Assembly: GCA_963823665.1 (NCBI GenBank)
Contig: CAWGMQ010000003.1
Location: forward strand, 1,696,001-1,760,000
Reading direction: 5' to 3'
From: an uncultured Planctomycetota bacterium
GTDB taxonomy: Bacteria; Planctomycetota; Planctomycetia; Isosphaerales; Isosphaeraceae
Length of the DNA stretch: 64,000 bases
Of this stretch, positions 59,958 to 64,000 are shown in pieces (position 1 is the stretch's first letter; every line of letters starts with the position of its first letter). The notes under the pieces were generated by a model. The model saw only the letters and a program-made list of their open reading frames with translations, searched no databases and had not been told where the DNA came from. Position numbers and translations under genes: made by a program.

Positions 59958-62900
59958 TCAGCGGCGGAACGGATCGGCCGGGAAGATCGGATCGTAGAGG
60001 ATCGTCGCCTCGGCCTCATTCTGAAGCAGACGGATCTCCACTTCGTCCCAGAACTCGCCCGGATCCGTGCTCGGCCGGCGGCGGCGAAGCTGTTCCAGGT
60101 AGCGACGAGCCTGATCGCGATGCCCGAGGCGGTGGTGAATCATCGCCAGGAAGACCCAGTCCGGGGGATCGCTGATTCCGTTCCGGACCTGAATGCTTTG
60201 TTCGAAGCGACGGATCGCGTCCTCGTATCGACCGGCGCGATAGAGGGCGGCGCCGAGGACTCGGAGGAAGCCTTCGTCCCGATTGCCATCCGGCGTGCCG
60301 TGCACGGCAAGCTCGGCCAGGCGAACCAGCGATTCGCCGTGAGCGTCCAGTTCTGGGGCCAGCGCGGCATACCTGGCGGCGGCATTCGCATTAACCGGAT
60401 CGGTCGTTGAACGGATTTGGAGGAGAAGGCCGGCACGCACTCGCCTGAGCTCATCGCGGTCGCCAGCGGCCCCGAGCGAGAGGATTTGGCGCCGGCGGAG
60501 TGTGAGGTCCGCCGGTTGGATGCGGACAGCCTGCCCATAGTCCGCGGCGGCCTCGGCCCATTGTTGCCCCTGCGCGCGATCATCGCCGCGTCGACTCCAA
60601 AGCGGGGCGGCCAGGCCGGGCGATTGGGCGATAGCACGATGGAAGAGGGCGTCGCTCCTCGATATCGTTTCGATCAGCTTGCGGTCACGTGATCCCAGAG
60701 CGTACGCCTGAACGAAGTCATCGTTGGCCTTGTCGGGCCGGGAGCGGGCGGCGTGAAAGCGGGCGCGTTCGAGCAGCACGTCGGAATCAAACGGTCGCGC
60801 CAATGCGGCCTGGTTGAAAGCGGCTTCGGCCTCTGCCCACCGCTCGCGCTCAGTCCAGGCCCGCGCGCGGGCCGTGGGTTCGGAGCCGAAAAGGATGGGG
60901 TCGAGCCGCCATTGCCTGCCGGGTTCCGGTGGACCCCCTTCCCGGTCGACCCGCTGGCGATGCTGCTGCCACGCCGCGTTGTCAAGAGGTCGAACCGAGC
61001 CCTGTCCATCGGCCTCCAGGCCGGTGACGAGCTCGACCCAGGTGGTGATGCGAGCCAGGTCGTCCGGCAACTCCGCGATCGTCCAGACCCGGGCGGTCTT
61101 GTCCTGGCTTCCTGTGAGCACAGCCTTGCCGTCGGGGCTGAACGCCACCGCGAAGACCCGCTCCATGTGCGCCAGCGGCGGCCCGACCGGCTTGCCGGTG
61201 GCGACGTTCCAGAGCCGCGCCGTTTTGTCCTGGCTGCCCGTGAGCGCGGTATTGCCGTCCGGGCTGAACGCCACGGCCCAGACCCTGTCCTTGTGCTCCA
61301 GTGGTGGTCCGAAGGGCTCGCTGGTGGTGGTGTTCCATAGCCGCGCAGTCTTGTAACTGCCGGTGAGCACCGCTTTGCCGTCTGGTCTGAACGCCACGGC
61401 CGTGACTTCGGCCTTGTGCTCCATCGGTCGCCCGACAGGCACGCCGGTGACGGCATCCCACATGCGCGCCGTTTTGTCATTGCCGCCCGTGAGTACGGTT
61501 CTGCCGTCCGGGCTGAATGCCGCGGCCCAGACCCGGCCTTTGTGGGTCAGTGGCTGCCCGATAGGCTTGCCGGTTGCGGTGTCCCAGAGCCGGCCTGCAC
61601 TGTCATCACCGCCGGTCACTACGATTTTGCCGTCGGGGCTGAACGCCGCGGCCCTGACCGCGCTCCCGTGCGGCAGCGGCTGCCCGATGGGCTTTCCGGT
61701 TGCAGCGTCCCAGAGCCGCGCCGCATTGTCCTCGCTGCCAGTGACCACGACCGTGCCGTTGTGGCTGAATGCCACGGCATTGACTGCGCCGTTGTGCGCC
61801 AGTGGCGGTCCCACGGGCTTGCCGGTGATCGCGTCCCAGAGCCGAGCCGTTCTGTCATTGCTGCCGGTGAGTACAATCTTGCCGTCGGGGCTGAACGCCA
61901 CGGCCGCGATCCTGTGCTGGTGATCCAGTGGCGGCCCGATGGGCTTGCCGGTGTTGGCGTCCCAGAGCCGCGCTGTCCTGTCATCGCTGCTGGTAAGCAC
62001 GGTGTTGCCGTCGGGGCTGAACGCCACGTCCGCGATCGAGTCCCGGTGCGCGAGTGGTGGCCCGATGGATGTGCCCGTGGCGGCGTCCCAGAGCCGCGCC
62101 GTGTTGTCAAAACTGCCCGTTGCCACCGTATTGCCGTCGGGGCTGAATGCCACGAACCAGACCACGCCCTGATGCACCATCGGTGGCCCGATGGGATTGC
62201 CCGTGGCCGTGTCCCAGAGCCGCGCCGTGTTGTCCAGGCTCCCGGTGAGCACGGCTTTGCCGTTGGGGCTGAACGCCACGTCATTGATCCGGTCATTGTG
62301 CACCAGGGGTGGTCCGATAGGCTGGCTGGTGGCGGCATCCCAGAGCCGCGCCGTCTTGTCGTAGCTGCCGGTGAGCACGGTCTTGCCATCGGGGCTGAAC
62401 GCGGCGGTCAAGACCATATCCTTGTGCGCCAACGGCGCACCCTTGGGCAATCCGGTGGCAGCGTCCCAGAGCCGCGCCGTGTTGTCCGTGCCGCTCGTGA
62501 GAATGGCCTTGCCGTCGGGGCTGAACACCGCGACAAACACCTGGCCTTGGTGCGTCAGCGGAGGTCCGATGGGTTTGCCGCTGGCGAAGTCCCAGAGCCG
62601 CGCCGTGTGGTCCCAACTGCCTGTAAGCACGGCCTTGCCGTCGGGGCTGAAGGCCACGGCCATGATCTTGTCACTGTGCTCCAGGGGTGGCCCGATGGGG
62701 TTGCCGGTGGCGGCGTCCCAGAGCCGCGCCGTGTTGTCAAAGCTGCCTGTGAGTACGGCCTTGCCGTCGGGGCTGAACGCCACGACCAAGACCCGGTCCA
62801 TGTGCGTCAGTGGCGGCCCGATGGGCTCGCCCGTCGCGGCGTTCCAGAGTCTGGCGGTCTTGTCGTCGCTGCCTGTGAGTACGGCCTTGCCGTCGGGACT

Positions 62901-64000
62901 GAACGCCACGGCATTAACCACGCCCTCGTGCGAGAAAACTGCCTTGAGCCCGATTTCATGGCTCTGCCAGCCAGCCAGGCTCGCCCGGGCCGTGTGTTGC
63001 CAACCAAGGTCACCGGCGGCGACACCCGAACGCCAGGTCTCGATCATCTCGAGCAGACCGGATCCGATCTGCCCCTTGTCGAAGGCGACCTGCCCGCGCT
63101 CGAAGTGGAGGGCAGCGAGCCGCTGGTTCGAGGTGGCCAACAGGGCTTGCGAGTTATCGAACGACTTCTTGAGATCTATCGCGATGGCGGCATTCTCGTT
63201 GCGCGACCTGACTTGCGCGAGCATAGAGCACGGCGAGCACGGCCACGGCAACTAACGCCGCCGCCACGGCGCCGAGCGATCCGGCCAGCGACGGGTTCCG
63301 CCGGCACCACCGCCAGGCGCGCTCGATGGCCCCGACCGGCCGCGCCATGATCGGCTCGCCGGCCTGGAACCGGCGCAGGTCATCCGCCAGCGCGGCGGCC
63401 GATTCATAGCGACGGGCAGGGTCTTTCTGGAGGCATTTGAGCACGATCGTCTCAACATCGCCCGGCACGCCGGGCACCAGCCGTGACGGGGGCACCGGCT
63501 CGGCCGTTTTGACCTGCTGCACGGTCTCGAACACGGTCGCGCCGCGGAACGGCGGCCGGCCGGTCAAGAGTTCGTAGAGGATCACCCCGAGGGCGTAGAG
63601 GTCGGCGGCCGAGCCCACTCGCTTGGCATTTCCCTCGGCTTGCTCCGGGGCCATGTAGCTGGGCGATCCCATGATCGCGCCCGACTGGGTCAGACCGGAG
63701 TCGGAGTCGATCGATTTGGCGAGTCCGAAGTCGGCGAGCTTGGGAATACCATCGTTGGTAAGCAGGACGTTGCCTGGCTTGAGGTCGCGATGGATGATGC
63801 CCAGACGATGGGCTTCCCCGGTAGCGAGCGCCAACGTCTCGAGCATCGCGGCGGCGCGGAGGGGAGCCCAGGGCGTGCCGTCGAGCTTCTGTGCGAGACT
63901 TCCCCCCTCGACGTATTCGAGCTCGATGTAGGTTCGGCCGTCATGCTCGCCGATCGTGTAGATCTGCACGACGTTCGGGTGTCGAAGCTTGGCGACGGTC
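59958..64000 (-). CDS. Ser/Thr protein kinase with 15 WD40 repeats and C-terminal TPRs (5' end outside the window; frameshift near 63220)
   Basis: [32 protein letters not shown]; hydrophobic segment; 42-aa repeats [25 protein letters not shown] tail [15 protein letters not shown]. Confidence 0.95.
61083..62930 (-). repeat. Fifteen highly similar ~126-bp WD40 repeat units
   Basis: Recurring GTCCCAGAGCCGCGCCG and GCCGTCGGGGCTGAACGCC on the + strand; 15 FSxxG-type motifs counted in the translation. Confidence 0.92.

Noticed and set aside
61416..63350. 644-aa + strand repetitive ORF
   Set aside because: Antisense translation of the WD40 repeats.

Overview
High-GC bacterial chromosome segment, most likely Planctomycetota (Isosphaeraceae-like). 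This is inferred from the DUF1501/DUF1800 pair, LExRxLLS-type N-termini, Hanks kinases with TPR/WD40 repeats, and planctomycete-style REP-like palindromes. Many otherwise intact genes carry single-base frameshifts, several at short homopolymers, which look like long-read assembly errors; such genes are reported re-joined. Content: housekeeping/metabolic genes (RluA-family synthase, PP2C, trpBA, GlpF, dipeptidase, gluconolactonase), an lvaCAD-like ACAD/phosphotransferase/SDR trio, a deacetylase-methyltransferase-GT2 cluster, Fic, a CocE hydrolase, a BlaI plus giant BlaR1-like pair, an eroded island with an in-frame OYE::MFS chimera, and two large kinases. The best candidate for an undescribed system is a ~12 kb operon (9132-21129): four secreted paralogues (beta-sandwich repeats plus helical repeats) flank a central secreted gene whose apparent TGA stop (15700-15702) is followed in frame by 44 protein-like codons (GFS-U-GTFC..., a UxxxC motif) and a SECIS-like hairpin, i.e. 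a probable unannotated selenoprotein. No rRNA, tRNA, CRISPR array or intact transposase was recognised. All product calls come from motif recognition by eye; no database searches were run.
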